DNA of 64,000 nt from Candidatus Latescibacterota bacterium. GTDB lineage: Bacteria > Latescibacterota > UBA2968 > UBA8231. The stretch covers positions 4,480,001 through 4,544,000 of the forward strand of contig OZ241362.1 in the NCBI GenBank assembly GCA_965200315.1, read 5' to 3'. Below the pieces are notes generated by a model, which saw nothing but the letters and a program-made list of their open reading frames with translations, was not told the origin of the DNA and did not search any database. Below, in pieces: positions 47,262-56,799 of this stretch; the stretch's first letter is position 1, and each line of letters starts with the position of its first letter. Made by a program: the position numbers and the translations under genes.

Positions 47262-48065
47262 TTATTCTTCGTCCCTTTCGCGCGCTTTCACCTCGTCCCA
47301 TATCTCGTCTAGGGCCGCTAGCGAGAGCGTGGCTACTTCCTCACCCCGCGCCAGCACCGTCTCTTCTAGAGCGCGGAAGCGGTGCTCAAACTTGGTGCTT
47401 GCACGCCTGAGTGCCTGTTCGGGATCTACTTTGAGGAATCGGCTGGCGTTGACTAACGAGAAGAGCAAGTCGCCAAACTCCTCCTCAACCGCCGCGGCCC
47501 CATCCGTCTCCCAAGCCTTGCGCACTTCGGCAAATTCCTCTTCGACCTTGTCGAGTGCGCCATCAACCTCGTCCCAATCAAACCCCTGCTGTGCAACTCG
47601 CGCTTGAATCCGATAGGCACGCATCAGAGCGGGCAGGTGCTTGGGAATGCCCTCCAGCAACGACGGCGCAGTTTCCCCGCGCTCTCGGCGCTCCTGCTTT
47701 TTGATCTGCTCCCAGCGGAGCAAGACCTCGTCGGCTCCGTCCGCACTCGCATCGCCAAAGACGTGAGGATGGCGACGAATCAGTTTATCGACGATGGCTT
47801 GGCCGACCGCCTCAATGTCGAAGCGCCCCCCCTCGGCCGCGATCTGGGCGTGGAACACCACCTGTAGTAACACATCGCCGAGCTCTTTGCAGAGCTCGGC
47901 GGCGTCTTCTGAGTCAATGGCTTCAAGAGCCTCGTACGCCTCTTCCAACAGGTAGGGCCTGAGCGTGGCATGCGTCTGCTGGCGGTCCCAAGGGCAGCCA
48001 TCGGGGCCGCGCAGATGCGCCATGATGGCAACTAATTCTGAGAACGTGGAATCGCTTTTCATCAT
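47262..48065 (-). CDS. mazG: Nucleoside triphosphate pyrophosphohydrolase
   Basis: LRGPDGCPWD, EEAYE, ELGDVLLQ, RRHPHVF and GFDW motifs. Confidence 0.95.
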   Translation of the reverse strand: MMKSDSTFSELVAIMAHLRGPDGCPWDRQQTHATLRPYLLEEAYEALEAIDSEDAAELCKELGDVLLQVVFHAQIAAEGGRFDIEAVGQAIVDKLIRRHPHVFGDASADGADEVLLRWEQIKKQERRERGETAPSLLEGIPKHLPALMRAYRIQARVAQQGFDWDEVDGALDKVEEEFAEVRKAWETDGAAAVEEEFGDLLFSLVNASRFLKVDPEQALRRASTKFEHRFRALEETVLARGEEVATLSLAALDEIWDEVKARERDEE

Positions 48066-48151
48066 TTTCCGCTTCTGGATTTTGTATGAAGAAAAACAAT
48101 AATAAGAAACCGCGCCCGCTACCGGCCCAAAAACCTTGCAACGCAGCTTAT

Positions 48152-48182
48152 GCAATCGATTGCTAAAGTATGTAACATACTT
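48152..48182. promoter_or_regulatory. Two adjacent palindromic operator candidates
   Basis: GCAATCGATTGC (48152-48163) and AAGTATGT-A-ACATACTT (48166-48182) in the divergent mazG/parA gap. Confidence 0.5.
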
Positions 48183-48240
48183 AATTTTATAAGCTTTATG
48201 TGTTTTTTATGCTTAGCTGTAACCAAATTGGCACAAAGCC

Positions 48241-48268
48241 TTGACAGGCCATTGCGCCGATTTATATT
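48241..48268 (+). promoter_or_regulatory. sigma70 promoter upstream of parA
   Basis: TTGACA-N16-TATATT. Confidence 0.65.
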
Positions 48269-48272
48269 GAAT

Positions 48273-48370
48273 GCAGGCGGTGATTAGGGCCTCCTGTACA
48301 ACTCCCCCGAAGTACAGTTCTGACGGCTCCTTTTACATTGAGAGTGGTCAGTTGGCCCGCTTGCTTTGTT
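48273..48370 (+). ncRNA. Candidate structured leader or small RNA
   Basis: Nested helices GCAGGCGG/CCGCTTGC, TGATTA/TGGTCA, GGGCC/GGCTC and CTGTAC/GTACAG with a C-rich loop, starting at the predicted TSS. Confidence 0.4.
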
Positions 48371-48446
48371 GCTCATTAAGGCACGGTCCAAATTAGCTAG
48401 TTGAGCCTTTTTATAGGCTTCGACGAGGCAAGATCAAGATATAGGT

Positions 48447-49223
48447 ATGGGCAAAATCATCGCTATCGCCAATCAAAAAGGCGGGGTGGGCAAGACTACT
48501 ACGGCAGTCAATCTCGCTGCTTGTCTAGCCCTTTCCGGGTATCGCACCCTACTCATCGACTTAGACCCGCAGGCCAATGCCACTAGTAGTTGCGACGCCG
48601 AACTCGTCAGCGACTACGCCTCGATCTACGAGGTCTTGATAGGCCAGCTCAGCACCTCCTCGGCGACCTTTCCCACCTATATAAAGGACCTCTTCGTAGT
48701 ACCCGGACACGTCCGCCTCGCAGGTGCCGAAGTGGAGATGGCCGCTATGGTCGGGCGCGACAAGCGGCTGGCCGAAGCTCTGGGTCCGATAAATCGACAG
48801 TACGAATTTATACTTATTGATTGCCCGCCGTCCTTGGGCTTGCTGACTATCAACGCGCTGAGCGCGGCCCATTCCGTGCTCATTCCGGTGCAATGTGAGT
48901 ACTATGCCTTAGAAGGCGTGAGCAAGCTCAACGATACCATCCGCGTGGTGCGGCGCTATCTAAACCCCAATCTCGAAATCGAAGGTGTTTTACTTACCCT
49001 GTACGACAACCGCTTGCAGCTTTGTCGCCACGTGGCCCAAGAAGTGCGCAACCACTTCGGCGACAAGGTCTATCAGACGATCATCAGCCGCAACATTAGC
49101 TTGGCCGAGGCTCCGGGTTTTAGCCAACCCATCGCGCTCTACGACTCAGAATCGAGAGGCTCTAGCAACTACAGCAGCTTAGTTTCCGAAATCTGTGCCG
49201 CTAGGCCCTCTGTCTTGGCCTAA
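48447..49223 (+). CDS. parA: ParA/Soj-family ATPase
   Basis: [27 protein letters not shown] and [11 protein letters not shown] motifs. Confidence 0.92.
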   Translation: MGKIIAIANQKGGVGKTTTAVNLAACLALSGYRTLLIDLDPQANATSSCDAELVSDYASIYEVLIGQLSTSSATFPTYIKDLFVVPGHVRLAGAEVEMAAMVGRDKRLAEALGPINRQYEFILIDCPPSLGLLTINALSAAHSVLIPVQCEYYALEGVSKLNDTIRVVRRYLNPNLEIEGVLLTLYDNRLQLCRHVAQEVRNHFGDKVYQTIISRNISLAEAPGFSQPIALYDSESRGSSNYSSLVSEICAARPSVLA

Positions 49224-49253
49224 TCCCCATCTACATTTCTGCATTGATTGTTC

Positions 49254-49281
49254 TTGACAATCGTTTGCATTGGCATATTAT
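49254..49281 (+). promoter_or_regulatory. sigma70 promoter with overlapping LacI-like site
   Basis: TTGACA-N16-TATTAT; CAATCGTTTG overlaps the -35 element. Confidence 0.5.
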
Positions 49282-49325
49282 ATTCACTTTTGCATTATAT
49301 ATCCAAAAAGAAAGGGAGGTTGTCT

Positions 49326-50354
49326 ATGTATTCTTGTACATCTGCGAACTCGGACGCGGCTACGCAAGTGGGCGCGTCCTCCCCCCGCTGTGCTGACCAT
49401 CCCGAATTTATCACCCAAAACGCCCAAGTCCGCCGCCTGCTAGCCCAAGCCGACCGGATCGCTGAGTCCCTAGCGACTGTACTCCTCACCGGAGAAAGCG
49501 GCACGGGCAAAGAAGTGTTGGCGAGGCGTTTGCACGGGCGCAGTCCAAGGCGCAGGGCCTCGTTTGTGCGGCTCAACTGCGCCTCGCTGCCCGAAGGTGT
49601 GTTGGAGAGCGAGCTGTTCGGGCACGAAAAAGGAGCCTTTACCGGCGCGGTGCGCCAGCGCTTAGGCCGCTTTGAGCTAGCCGATCGCGGCACCTTGTTT
49701 CTCGACGAGATTGGCGCGGCGGATATGCGCGTGCAACTGCGCCTGTTGCGCGTCCTGCAAGAACGCGAGTTTGAACGCGTCGGAGGCGCGGAGACCTTGC
49801 GGGTAGATGTGCGGGTCATCGCCGCCACCAACGTCGATTTGCGGGAGGAAGTCCGCAAAGGGGCCTTCCGCGAAGACCTCTTCTACCGGCTCAACGTCGT
49901 ACCGCTCAAGCTGCCGCCGCTGCGCCAGCGCAAGGGAGACATTCCCCTACTAGTCGAACACTTTATCCGCCGATTGGCAGCGCAAAACGGATGCAAAATT
50001 CGCGGGCTTGACGCCGCGGCCTTGAACCATTTTTTGGCCTATCCATGGCCGGGCAATGTGCGGCAGTTGGAAAACGCGCTCGAGCGCATGGTTCTCCTCG
50101 CAAGCGACAGCTTGTTGCGGGAAGAAGACGTGCCCGAAGAGATCGTCCACTGGCAGGATGAAGAAGAGCTCGATCTAAGCCAGCGCGGTTTTAGGGAAGC
50201 GCGGAACTCGTTTGAGCGGCACTTCCTCTGCAAAGCTCTGCATCGACACCGCGGGGTAATTTCGCAAGTAGCCGAAGACGTGGGTCTGTCGCGCAAAAGC
50301 CTGTACGCGAAGCTAGAACACCTCGACATCGACTACCAACACTACCGCACCTAA
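49326..50354 (+). CDS. sigma54-dependent enhancer-binding protein without an N-terminal sensor domain
   Basis: GESGTGKE, ELFGHEKGAFTGA, FLDEIG, WPGNVR and a Fis-type HTH; GGGAGG RBS. Confidence 0.92.
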   Translation: MYSCTSANSDAATQVGASSPRCADHPEFITQNAQVRRLLAQADRIAESLATVLLTGESGTGKEVLARRLHGRSPRRRASFVRLNCASLPEGVLESELFGHEKGAFTGAVRQRLGRFELADRGTLFLDEIGAADMRVQLRLLRVLQEREFERVGGAETLRVDVRVIAATNVDLREEVRKGAFREDLFYRLNVVPLKLPPLRQRKGDIPLLVEHFIRRLAAQNGCKIRGLDAAALNHFLAYPWPGNVRQLENALERMVLLASDSLLREEDVPEEIVHWQDEEELDLSQRGFREARNSFERHFLCKALHRHRGVISQVAEDVGLSRKSLYAKLEHLDIDYQHYRT

Positions 50355-50355
50355 C

Positions 50356-51414
50356 TCACGGGCGTGTGGCGAGCGCCCGGCGAAATTTCGCCATCTGGCC
50401 TTCGAGATAGGCCCGATGCTCGCCATCGGTCGGCTCGAGCGCGAGGGCTTGGCGCATAATGGCCATTGCGTAGGCATGCCGCCCCAACAGGTGCAACAAT
50501 TCCGCATAGGTATCCAAATAGACCGAGCTTTCCGCATCGAGTTTGACCGCGCGCATCGACAGATTTAGGGCATAGCTAAGGCGTTGGCCCTCTTCTGCAT
50601 AAGTCCAAGCCAAGTTGTTGAGGATCAGGGGGTCGTCTGGAGCACCGGCCAAGGCACGCTCGTAGTATTCAATAGCGCGGTCGGGCCGCTCGCGCTCGTA
50701 GTAGATGAGGGCGATGTCAACTACACTAACGACCCCGGCCGTCAGCGCTTGAGCAAAAGTGTGAGCGGCCCGCTCCGCAAGCCCTTGGCGGAGTTGGCAA
50801 TCGCCCAAGGCGAGGACGAGTTGCGGGTCATCGGGTTGAATGCGCACCGCCTCGGTGAGCGCGACTTCGGCCTCGGCGAATCGACCCTCGTCAATCAAAA
50901 GGCGGCCGAGTTCAATGTGGGCGAAGAGGTGGTGCGCGTCGAGTCGGGTGGCTTGGCGCAGTGCTTCTATGGCTGCGTCGGGCCGCTCTTGACGAGCGTA
51001 GAGCCAGCCCTTGGTTGCCCACAGCGACGCACTCTGCCCGTGGTCTGTGCGCAATTGCGCGAGGAGTTTTTCGGTTTGGGCGCAGCGCTCCTCTTTTTCG
51101 CAAATGTTGCGCAAAGCCCTGTACAGGTCGTCGTTGTCCGGTGCCAAGGCAACGGCTTGGCCGATCAGCTCTAGTGCGGCATCCACTTCGTCCAAGCCCA
51201 GTCGGGCGAGGGCAGCGATGAGCAGCAAGCGGTCATCCGGCCCGTCTTGGCGAATGGCCCGGCGGGTTTCGGTCAAGGCTTGGTCGTAGAGGCCGTCGCG
51301 CAAATAGGCGTACGCTAGCTGGGCGTGCCCGGCTCGATAGGTGCCGCACTGCGGGTTGCTAATGACAAACGCGCCGAGCAGGGCGCAACAGACGGCCTGT
51401 CTAGCAACGCGCAT
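50356..51414 (-). CDS. Tetratricopeptide repeat protein (exported)
   Basis: Repeated A...L.P.D TPR units, NNLAW and YLDT motifs; hydrophobic N-terminus. Confidence 0.85.
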   Translation of the reverse strand: MRVARQAVCCALLGAFVISNPQCGTYRAGHAQLAYAYLRDGLYDQALTETRRAIRQDGPDDRLLLIAALARLGLDEVDAALELIGQAVALAPDNDDLYRALRNICEKEERCAQTEKLLAQLRTDHGQSASLWATKGWLYARQERPDAAIEALRQATRLDAHHLFAHIELGRLLIDEGRFAEAEVALTEAVRIQPDDPQLVLALGDCQLRQGLAERAAHTFAQALTAGVVSVVDIALIYYERERPDRAIEYYERALAGAPDDPLILNNLAWTYAEEGQRLSYALNLSMRAVKLDAESSVYLDTYAELLHLLGRHAYAMAIMRQALALEPTDGEHRAYLEGQMAKFRRALATRP

Positions 51415-52653
51415 TCAGAACTCGTGGCGGTAGGAGCCGATGTGGAGGAGCAGACCGATGGCGAGGAGGTTGGACAGCAGCGAAGAGCCTCCCGAGCTAA
51501 GAAAGGGCAGTGGCAGGCCGGTGATGGGCATGACGCCAATGGTCATGCCAACGTTGATAAACACGTGAAAGGTCAGCATCGCAGCCAAGCCGAGGGCTGT
51601 TAGGCCGTAAAAGGCATTGTTGGCCATGGAGGCGATGTGCAGCGCCCGATAGATAAGCAGAAAGAACAGGCCCAGCACGATCAGGGCCATGACAAACCCC
51701 CCCTCCTCCGCGATGACCGAGAAGATAAAATCGGTATGAGCCGCCGGCAGGAACTGGTGCTTAGTCTGCGTACCTTCTAGCAGGCCCTTACCCGTCAGCC
51801 CTCCGGAGCCAATGGCGATCTTGGATTGGATGATGTTCCACCCGGATCCAAGTGGATCGCTCTCCGGATTAAAGAAGGTCATAATGCGGGCCTTCTGGTA
51901 TGAATGCAGAAAATTCTCCAAAAAGTACACCGTGAGCAAACATGCCGAGGTGTTGACGATAACCATGGAAATGGTCAGCCAGAGCCGGCGCATAAGATGG
52001 TGAATCAAGAAGGTGCTGCTGATGCCAAAGACAGCGAAGACATAGGGAGTATTCTGTTGCCACAGCGGCTCTAAGGAGCAGAAGACGCTGATGAGCGGAG
52101 AGATGACGAGGAAGATGAAGACCTTGCGCATCCCCGCCCAGTAAAGCATGGGGAAAAACGGCGCGCCAAAAGAAATCGCGGTTCCCAAGTCGGGCTGGCG
52201 CACAATCAAGATGATCGGCACCAATATGAGAATCAAGGCCCCGATAAAGCCACCCAAGGAGTTGACGTGTTCGGTGTTGCGATCACTCAGGTAGCGGGCT
52301 AGTGCTATGATGGTGGCGATCTTGGCCAGTTCTGAAGGCTGCAACATCACCGGCCCCAAGCGTAGCCAGCGAGTAGCGTCGCCCGTGCCCCACATCAACA
52401 CCGCGACTAGGCTTACAATGCTGAACAGGTACAGCATATACGCCACGCTGTAAATGACTTTTTCCGGGATATAGACGACGGCTATGGCCACGGCAAAGGC
52501 CAAAATTGCGAATTGGAGTTGCTTGATCCAAGAGTTCTGCACCGAGATAGAGTCGTTGTGATACGTAGCGCTGTAGATCGCGATGATACCGATCAGTACG
52601 GTGGCCAAAGTCGCAATCAGGAGTGGAACATCGAGTCTGCGAAGCAAGCGCAT
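51415..52653 (-). CDS. rodA: Rod shape-determining protein
   Basis: QPSELAK, QPDLGT, IGSGG..GKG, HTDFIF and PITGLPLPF motifs. Confidence 0.95.
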   Translation of the reverse strand: MRLLRRLDVPLLIATLATVLIGIIAIYSATYHNDSISVQNSWIKQLQFAILAFAVAIAVVYIPEKVIYSVAYMLYLFSIVSLVAVLMWGTGDATRWLRLGPVMLQPSELAKIATIIALARYLSDRNTEHVNSLGGFIGALILILVPIILIVRQPDLGTAISFGAPFFPMLYWAGMRKVFIFLVISPLISVFCSLEPLWQQNTPYVFAVFGISSTFLIHHLMRRLWLTISMVIVNTSACLLTVYFLENFLHSYQKARIMTFFNPESDPLGSGWNIIQSKIAIGSGGLTGKGLLEGTQTKHQFLPAAHTDFIFSVIAEEGGFVMALIVLGLFFLLIYRALHIASMANNAFYGLTALGLAAMLTFHVFINVGMTIGVMPITGLPLPFLSSGGSSLLSNLLAIGLLLHIGSYRHEF

Positions 52654-52656
52654 GAG

Positions 52657-54435
52657 TTAAAGCATCCCCTGATTAGCCAAAAGCGTGTCCGCCGCGGTCA
52701 CTTCTGGCGCAATGATGCCCTCTTGGATGCCAAAGGCTTTGACGACCTCGCGCACAACCGGGCCTACTCGCGCCCCACCGCTGCCACCCCCTTCGACCAC
52801 GGCCGCTATGACAATGGCGGGTTTCTCGTACGGAGCAAAGGCCACCATCCAAGCGTCATCGTCTCGGCTGGGCACTTGCGCAGTACCGGTCTTGGCCGCA
52901 ATCGCGACGCCGTCAACCCGTGATCGGCGGCCGGTACCGGTATCGCTGGCCACCACCCGACGCATGGCCTTTCTCACAATGCTGAGGGTCCGCTGCGAAA
53001 TGCCGTTAATGCGTTGGCGGGGAGGGGGATTGCCACTGACGTATGGCGTGACTAAATAGCCGCCGTTGGCAATAGCGGCCACGTAGCGGGCCATCTGCAT
53101 GGGCGTGACCAATAAGGAACCTTGACCAATGGAGAGGTTGAGCAGGTGGCCGAAGGACCAGCCGCCGCGCTCTTTGAAGTACTGGCGCGGGGGCAGGAGA
53201 CCAGCAGCTTCCCCGGGATAGGCGATCCCGGTCGGCTGGCCGAAGCCTAATTTGGCCCCGTACTTGTGCCACGTTTCAATGCTAATCAACCGAGCTAAAT
53301 GGTAGAAGTAAACATTGCAGGAGACCTCAATCGCCCTTGTCAGGGTCAGGCCACCGTGCCCTGTTCGCTTGTGGCAGCGAAACGTGCTCCTACCCACCCG
53401 CAGTGCACCATAGCAAGGCTTAAACAGGCTCAGTGTATCGGTGACACCCATTTCGAGTGCGGCTATGGCACTGACCATCTTGAACGTCGAGCCCGGTGGA
53501 TAACGCCCTTGCAAGGCGCGGTTGAGTAACACAGTCTCGCTCTGCAACACCCGCCGTCGCTCCTTTTGGGCTTGGAACGACACGAAAATGTTGGGATCAA
53601 AGGTCGGCTTGCTGACCAAAGCGAGCACGGCCCCGGTGCGCGGGTCAAGGGCAACCAGCGCACTAGCAAAGCTATCGGGCAGGGTGCGCTCGGCCGCTAG
53701 CTGCAATTCCAAGTCAAGGGTCAGGTGCAGGGGTTCGCCGGGCACGGGGAGCCGATCGCGCTCTGGAAACTCTCGGCCCGTGCGTCCGATCGCGTCGATC
53801 TCGACGTACATCATGCCGTCGCGGCCGCGCAGGCTGTTTTCGTGCACCTTCTCGATCCCAGTCTTGCCGATAAAATCGCCGAGCACATAGGCGTTCTCGT
53901 TTTTCCCTTGTAGATCCTGGTCGCGGATGATGCCGATATAGCCGAGCAGATGGGCGGCGGCCGTACCGTGGGGATAGTAGCGCTGGGTCTCGATTTCAAT
54001 GTCGAGCAGGGGCCAATCCGCCTTGAGCCGCTCCTCTACGATCGACACCGTGCGAAAGTCAACATCGCGCTTGAGGCGGATGGTGCGGTATTTGCGACTG
54101 TATTCGCCGTCTAGTTCTATATCCCCAATGGCCCTTGTAAACGCTGCGGTGGCTGCCTCAAAGTCCTTGCGCGTGGTGCGTTCTAACGAGACAGTGTAAA
54201 AGGGCCGGGTGCGGGCCAATATGCGTCCATCGCGGTCGTAGATCAGCCCGCGGGGGGCTTTGACGCGCCGCTGAGCAATGCGATTTTCCTCGGACTCGCG
54301 CACGTAGTCGGCCGAGGTGACAACCTGCAAATAGAACAGACGCAGGAGCAAAATCGCGAACAGCAAGACGACGGGCGCGAAGAGGAGTTTGAGGGGCGGG
54401 CGCTCGTCTTGTGGCAGTGGGTGTTGCATAATCAA
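52657..54435 (-). CDS. mrdA: Penicillin-binding protein 2
   Basis: APRG.IYDR, PGSTFK (SxxK), SCN and KTGTAQ motifs. Confidence 0.95.
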   Translation of the reverse strand: MIMQHPLPQDERPPLKLLFAPVVLLFAILLLRLFYLQVVTSADYVRESEENRIAQRRVKAPRGLIYDRDGRILARTRPFYTVSLERTTRKDFEAATAAFTRAIGDIELDGEYSRKYRTIRLKRDVDFRTVSIVEERLKADWPLLDIEIETQRYYPHGTAAAHLLGYIGIIRDQDLQGKNENAYVLGDFIGKTGIEKVHENSLRGRDGMMYVEIDAIGRTGREFPERDRLPVPGEPLHLTLDLELQLAAERTLPDSFASALVALDPRTGAVLALVSKPTFDPNIFVSFQAQKERRRVLQSETVLLNRALQGRYPPGSTFKMVSAIAALEMGVTDTLSLFKPCYGALRVGRSTFRCHKRTGHGGLTLTRAIEVSCNVYFYHLARLISIETWHKYGAKLGFGQPTGIAYPGEAAGLLPPRQYFKERGGWSFGHLLNLSIGQGSLLVTPMQMARYVAAIANGGYLVTPYVSGNPPPRQRINGISQRTLSIVRKAMRRVVASDTGTGRRSRVDGVAIAAKTGTAQVPSRDDDAWMVAFAPYEKPAIVIAAVVEGGGSGGARVGPVVREVVKAFGIQEGIIAPEVTAADTLLANQGML

Positions 54436-54899
54436 GCGGGAAAGAGATAGCGTTTGATGAGCAAGCCGGTCAAGAAAACCGCACTCACCAGACCCGTGTA
54501 CACAGCGCGGCCCAAAATCCTGCCCACCTCAAAGGGCACATCGGCACTGGTGCCCACATAGTAGATCAGATCGTGGAAGATCACAGCACCGAAAATCAGC
54601 GCGGCCTGAACTTGAATGCTGTCGGAGACCATGTGAGTATGGCTGTAGCCAAAGCCCGCGCCGATGAGCGACTTGGCGAGCGCATTGACTCCGAGGTCGG
54701 CGGGAATATAGATGTCTTGGAAGATGCCAAGCCCAAGCCCCATATAGGCCCCGACCACCGGCCCGCTGCGCAGCGCGACGAAACTCAACGCCACAATCAA
54801 TAGATCGGGTTTGACCGACCCTATCTTGATAGAATCAACCCAAGTAGTTTGCAGGATGAAGGCCAGTGCCAACAAGAGAATATGGCGGACCACACTCAT
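54432..54899 (-). CDS. mreD: Rod shape-determining protein
   Basis: KPDL, G...G...D...G motif, TM-rich, directly upstream of mrdA. Confidence 0.85.
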   Translation of the reverse strand: MSVVRHILLLALAFILQTTWVDSIKIGSVKPDLLIVALSFVALRSGPVVGAYMGLGLGIFQDIYIPADLGVNALAKSLIGAGFGYSHTHMVSDSIQVQAALIFGAVIFHDLIYYVGTSADVPFEVGRILGRAVYTGLVSAVFLTGLLIKRYLFPA

Positions 54900-54900
54900 G

Positions 54901-56793
54901 TCACTTGGGGATTTGCAAGGTCGTGCCCTCCAGCAATATCTCCGAGAGGCCGATGTTGTTCAGGCGGGCAATAGCGCTGGGAGGGTGGCCGAATTTGCGG
55001 GCGATGCTGTGCAGCGTATCACCCTCGACCACGGTGTACATCTGCGTTTGCTCGTGGGGCACTACTAGCTGTTGACCAGGTTTAATCAGTGCCTTCTTGA
55101 GACCGTTCCACGCCTGTAACTCAGGGACGCTAACCGCAAAGCGTCGGGCCAGCCCCCACAGTGTATCGCCCGACTGCACAGTGTAGGTTTTGTCGCCTCT
55201 CAGCACTTTTTGGCGACTAGGCGGCTGCAACACGAGTTCCTGCCCAGGTTGGATCAGCGTAGTTTTGAGGCCATTCCACTTCATCAGGTCGCGCAGGTTC
55301 ACCTCTTGCATAGAGGCTATGGTGCTGAGTGAATCTTTCGGGCGCACAGTATAGGTCTTTTCGCTGCGGTTCGTTTGCTTGGCGTTCTGGACAATCGGAA
55401 CCGAGATCGGGATATAGAGCATTTGCCGCGGCCGGATGACATTGGGGTTTTTGAGGCTATTGGCCGCGATAACGACCCGCGTGGAAACGCCAAAAGTCTG
55501 GGCGATGCCAGAGATCGTGTCGCCGCGTTGCACCTGATACTGATGGATCGCTGCCCCCGGCGAAGCCGGCAGGCTAGCGTACTGGTCGAGCAAGATCTGG
55601 CCTTTGCCCGGCGGCACCTTCAAAACATAAGGCGGGCGGCTCCCCGGCGGCGTGATGTCTTGGCGCAACTCGGGATTGAGGTCGTGCAACACCTGACGTT
55701 TGATGCCCAGCAGTTGGGCTGCTGCTTTCAGATCGACATAAAGCCAGTCTTTGGGCAGGACGACTTCCTCGTACGCAAGGGCTGGCTCTTCGACTTGGGG
55801 CTCAAAACCGAAAATCTGGGGATCCTTGGCTATGACGGTCGCGGCCATAAAAAGCGGCACGTATTTTTTTGTTTCGCGGGGCAGATCGAGCTGCCAGTAG
55901 TCGTTAGTGTTGGCGCGGGCGATGGCCCGGCGGACTCGCCCTGGCCCGGCGTTGTACGCAGCCAACGCTAAGCGCCAGTCACCAAATTCCGCTAAAAGGT
56001 CTTTTAGGTACCGGGTAGCCGCAACGGTCGCCTTGCTCGGGTCGCGCCGCTCGTCAACCCAGTGGGTGCGCTTGAGGCCCATAATGCGACCCGTGGGTGC
56101 CATAAACTGCCACAACCCCACCGCTCGCGACCGCGAATAGGCCCTTGGATTGAGACCGCTTTCGATAACCGCTAGATAGAAAAGGTCGCTGGGCATTCCC
56201 TCGCGCTGGAGAATATCGGTGATCAGTGTGCGATAGCGCCCGGCGCGCTGCAACCAAATGGCAAAGGTCTGGCGACCCTGCGTCTGAAAAAAGTGGAGGC
56301 TGGCAGCGACGCGGCCATTGGCGTCAATGGGCATGTCGCTGCGGCTGCCGAGACGGTGGATGAGGACCAAAGGCTCGGCAGCCGCCGGTAGATGCTCGAT
56401 TTTTTCCTCGACCCCTTCAAGCAAAAGGTTCAAATGGCTGTCAGTGGGCAAGTGCTCCAAGTGCGGCAACAAGTCTAAATATGCCCGCTCAATAGCCAAG
56501 CCAAGTGCTGCGGCCTGCACAGTATCCACGAGCGCGTCGTGCTCGTCGAGGTCGGCGAGAATGCCAAAGGCCGCATCGAGCGACTCTTGCGCCCGTTGAA
56601 TCTGACCGAGAGCGTGGCTTTCGATGGCGGACAGCAAGTGCCAGCGAACAGCGCGTAGGTCGACCACATCTGGCGGTGGATTCTCAACTGGCACGACAGG
56701 GACGGCCTCGTCGTCGAAGACCATCGGTCCGGTGCTTTTGCCATGGGCACAGCCGATAAGCAGCAATGCGATGATACAGCAGCACAAGCGCAT
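54901..56793 (-). CDS. MltD-like lytic transglycosylase with four LysM domains
   Basis: IESG, GLWQFM, AYNAG, LPRET..YV; four YxV..GD(T/S)-type LysM repeats; lipobox LIGC. Confidence 0.92.
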   Translation of the reverse strand: MRLCCCIIALLLIGCAHGKSTGPMVFDDEAVPVVPVENPPPDVVDLRAVRWHLLSAIESHALGQIQRAQESLDAAFGILADLDEHDALVDTVQAAALGLAIERAYLDLLPHLEHLPTDSHLNLLLEGVEEKIEHLPAAAEPLVLIHRLGSRSDMPIDANGRVAASLHFFQTQGRQTFAIWLQRAGRYRTLITDILQREGMPSDLFYLAVIESGLNPRAYSRSRAVGLWQFMAPTGRIMGLKRTHWVDERRDPSKATVAATRYLKDLLAEFGDWRLALAAYNAGPGRVRRAIARANTNDYWQLDLPRETKKYVPLFMAATVIAKDPQIFGFEPQVEEPALAYEEVVLPKDWLYVDLKAAAQLLGIKRQVLHDLNPELRQDITPPGSRPPYVLKVPPGKGQILLDQYASLPASPGAAIHQYQVQRGDTISGIAQTFGVSTRVVIAANSLKNPNVIRPRQMLYIPISVPIVQNAKQTNRSEKTYTVRPKDSLSTIASMQEVNLRDLMKWNGLKTTLIQPGQELVLQPPSRQKVLRGDKTYTVQSGDTLWGLARRFAVSVPELQAWNGLKKALIKPGQQLVVPHEQTQMYTVVEGDTLHSIARKFGHPPSAIARLNNIGLSEILLEGTTLQIPK

Positions 56794-56799
56794 GGCGCG

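Noticed and set aside
48228-48246. TTGGCAC...TTGAC as a sigma54 promoter (similar TTGGCAT at 49270)
   Set aside because: No GC at the required GG-N10-GC spacing; sigma70 elements explain both sites better.
48066-48446. AT-rich gap next to parA as oriC or parS
   Set aside because: No DnaA-box cluster or TGTTTCACGTGAAACA-type parS was seen.
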